64,000 bases of DNA from NCBI RefSeq assembly GCF_009914755.1, contig NC_060937.1. The stretch is one strand, 5' to 3'. The translations under genes and the position numbers were made by a program. This document shows positions 62,261-64,000 of the stretch, one piece after another. Numbering within the stretch: position 1 is the stretch's first letter; every line of letters starts with the position of its first letter. The notes under the pieces were generated by a model that did not search any database, had not been told where the DNA came from, and saw nothing but the letters and a program-made list of their open reading frames with translations. This DNA comes from the human T2T-CHM13v2.0 reference genome, Homo sapiens.

Positions 62261-64000
62261 CTTCAGAGCCCTCACAGGCCTATCCCCTCTAGTACAAAAC
62301 TTCCCTGCTACATTGCTACATCAAGGGTTCTTCGAACTGGTTGGCACTAATTACAAAGTTTAACACCTGCACTTTTTCTGTAATTTTCATTTGGGTGCTA
62401 TAGGTGTCAGTGTTGTCTCTACAACTAGTCTAATTTTCATTAGGGTAGAAATCAAATCTCTACTCCTCTGTATGACACAAGAAGCCTGGGCTCTCTATTC
62501 CACCTGTAAAGTCTACTTCAATACTTTATTGTTTTTCCATTTGAAATTGTATTGATGGGTAACTTGTTATACATTGCAAAACTTTCACAAGTATTGGTTA
62601 CCTATAAGCTAATTTTTTTATAAGAATAGTTGTTACTGCAAAATGACACCGTAAGTTAAAAATTTTAAAACAAGATGTTTCAAATGACACATTTAAAATA
62701 TATTAAATCAGAAGACCATCTTTGAGATGGCATCCAGTTTTAAACATACTAAGTACTTTTGAATATAGACTGTTAGCAACAAACTGATAGTTCTAAGAAA
62801 GTTTCTGAAGGAAGATTTATTTTTCATATAATTCAAGCCAGAATTTAGAAAACCTAAAATGTTAAATTTCCCAGAAACTTGATTTGAGTCCACAAAGGAA
62901 AACATAAGTTCGTACAGTATTATTAAAACTGCAAAAATCTCTTTAAATGTTAAAATTATTTGGTTTGCCTACAGGTATGTAAATTTCAAAATAAAGATTG
63001 CATACGTTTTCATGCCTTTCTCCTGGACAGGCTTGTGAACCCAGGCTACCTCTTCTTGCAAACCTTGTCTAATGCCATCATGTTTCATTTTGATGTTCTC
63101 TAAGCACAGCAACTGGGACATTTCTTTCAGATGTCACCACATCTATAAAGTTCATTTTCTTAGCAAAAAATAAGAGTAGTGTTTGGCAGTAGTTCATATC
63201 TGGACACTCTTGGAGAATTTCAGGTTTCTCTTTGGCCATAGCTACCACAGATAAGAATAATGGCCTGCCCTTCTTTGTAGGAAATTCCCCAGAAGTATGG
63301 TGACATTCTTGTTACACTTGTCAAATACCATGAAAGACAAACTGGATGAGGTGAAATCTATTGCAGGGACTCTGCCCTAAGGTTTAACATTTGAAGGTTT
63401 AGGTTTGCTAAGTTTGTTGTTTTCCCTCTATCTTTCAGCCCCTGGTAGAAAGCATGTATCTCCTTATTCTTCAGACAAAGCTACCTAAAAAATTTTCCAC
63501 CAAGACAGTCAAGGGATTCTGCATCTCTCATGGGAGCCAAGAGGGCCCATTAGGCCTCAGGTGTCACATGGATTGGCTATGAGTCCTAAATGAAGCACCA
63601 GCTAGAATTTGGGGGAACTGATAACAGTCATAATTGTCATTAGCAACGCTACTGTATTAGAAAGGGCCTTGGAGAGCCATATCTCATAGACATGGATCCA
63701 TTTTTTTAAATCATAAAAAAGTTCTCAAACTTATAAGTATTTATTTAAAAATATGCATAATCTGCTTTATTTCCTGTTATGTAAAATATCAAATGTTATT
63801 TTCTGATTTCTGCTAATTAAAATTTTCAAATAGCATAACTATATGTTACTCAATATTTGCTAGAAATTTTTTGATTTTTATATGGTTTTTAATGTACTTA
63901 TCAGTATTCTTTTATCATGAAATATTTCCATCTATTTTCCAAACAGAACTTACTGAAATGCAAGCCAATATATTTTTTCCTCAATGGATAAATCACATTG

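Overview
This window is primate (almost certainly human) genomic DNA. It is recognisable from exact miRNA hairpin sequences as the MIR17HG (C13orf25) locus, which from recalled knowledge lies at 13q31.3 upstream of GPC5. A CpG island and promoter (~29.6-31.9 kb) drives a + strand host transcript (~30261-37155). That transcript carries the six-hairpin polycistron mir-17, mir-18a, mir-19a, mir-20a, mir-19b-1 and mir-92a-1 (33181-33967). The flanks are gene-poor and full of Alu, L1, MIR/L2, THE1/MLT LTRs, Tigger DNA transposons and microsatellites. The main system is well known, not new. The best leads for something undescribed are: (1) a miR-19a-3p-specific, extensively 3'-paired site in the host gene's own last exon (36662-36682); (2) a strong-Kozak spliced 32/34-aa microORF that the ORF track misses; (3) a 15-bp complementarity between the exon-2 splice acceptor and the mir-19b/mir-92a spacer; (4) cryptic splice sites within the cluster; (5) an Fgf4-like Sox-Oct element in the core promoter; and (6) a long imperfect inverted repeat at ~9.8-10.8 kb. 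Repeat subfamily calls and exon boundaries were made by eye and are approximate.
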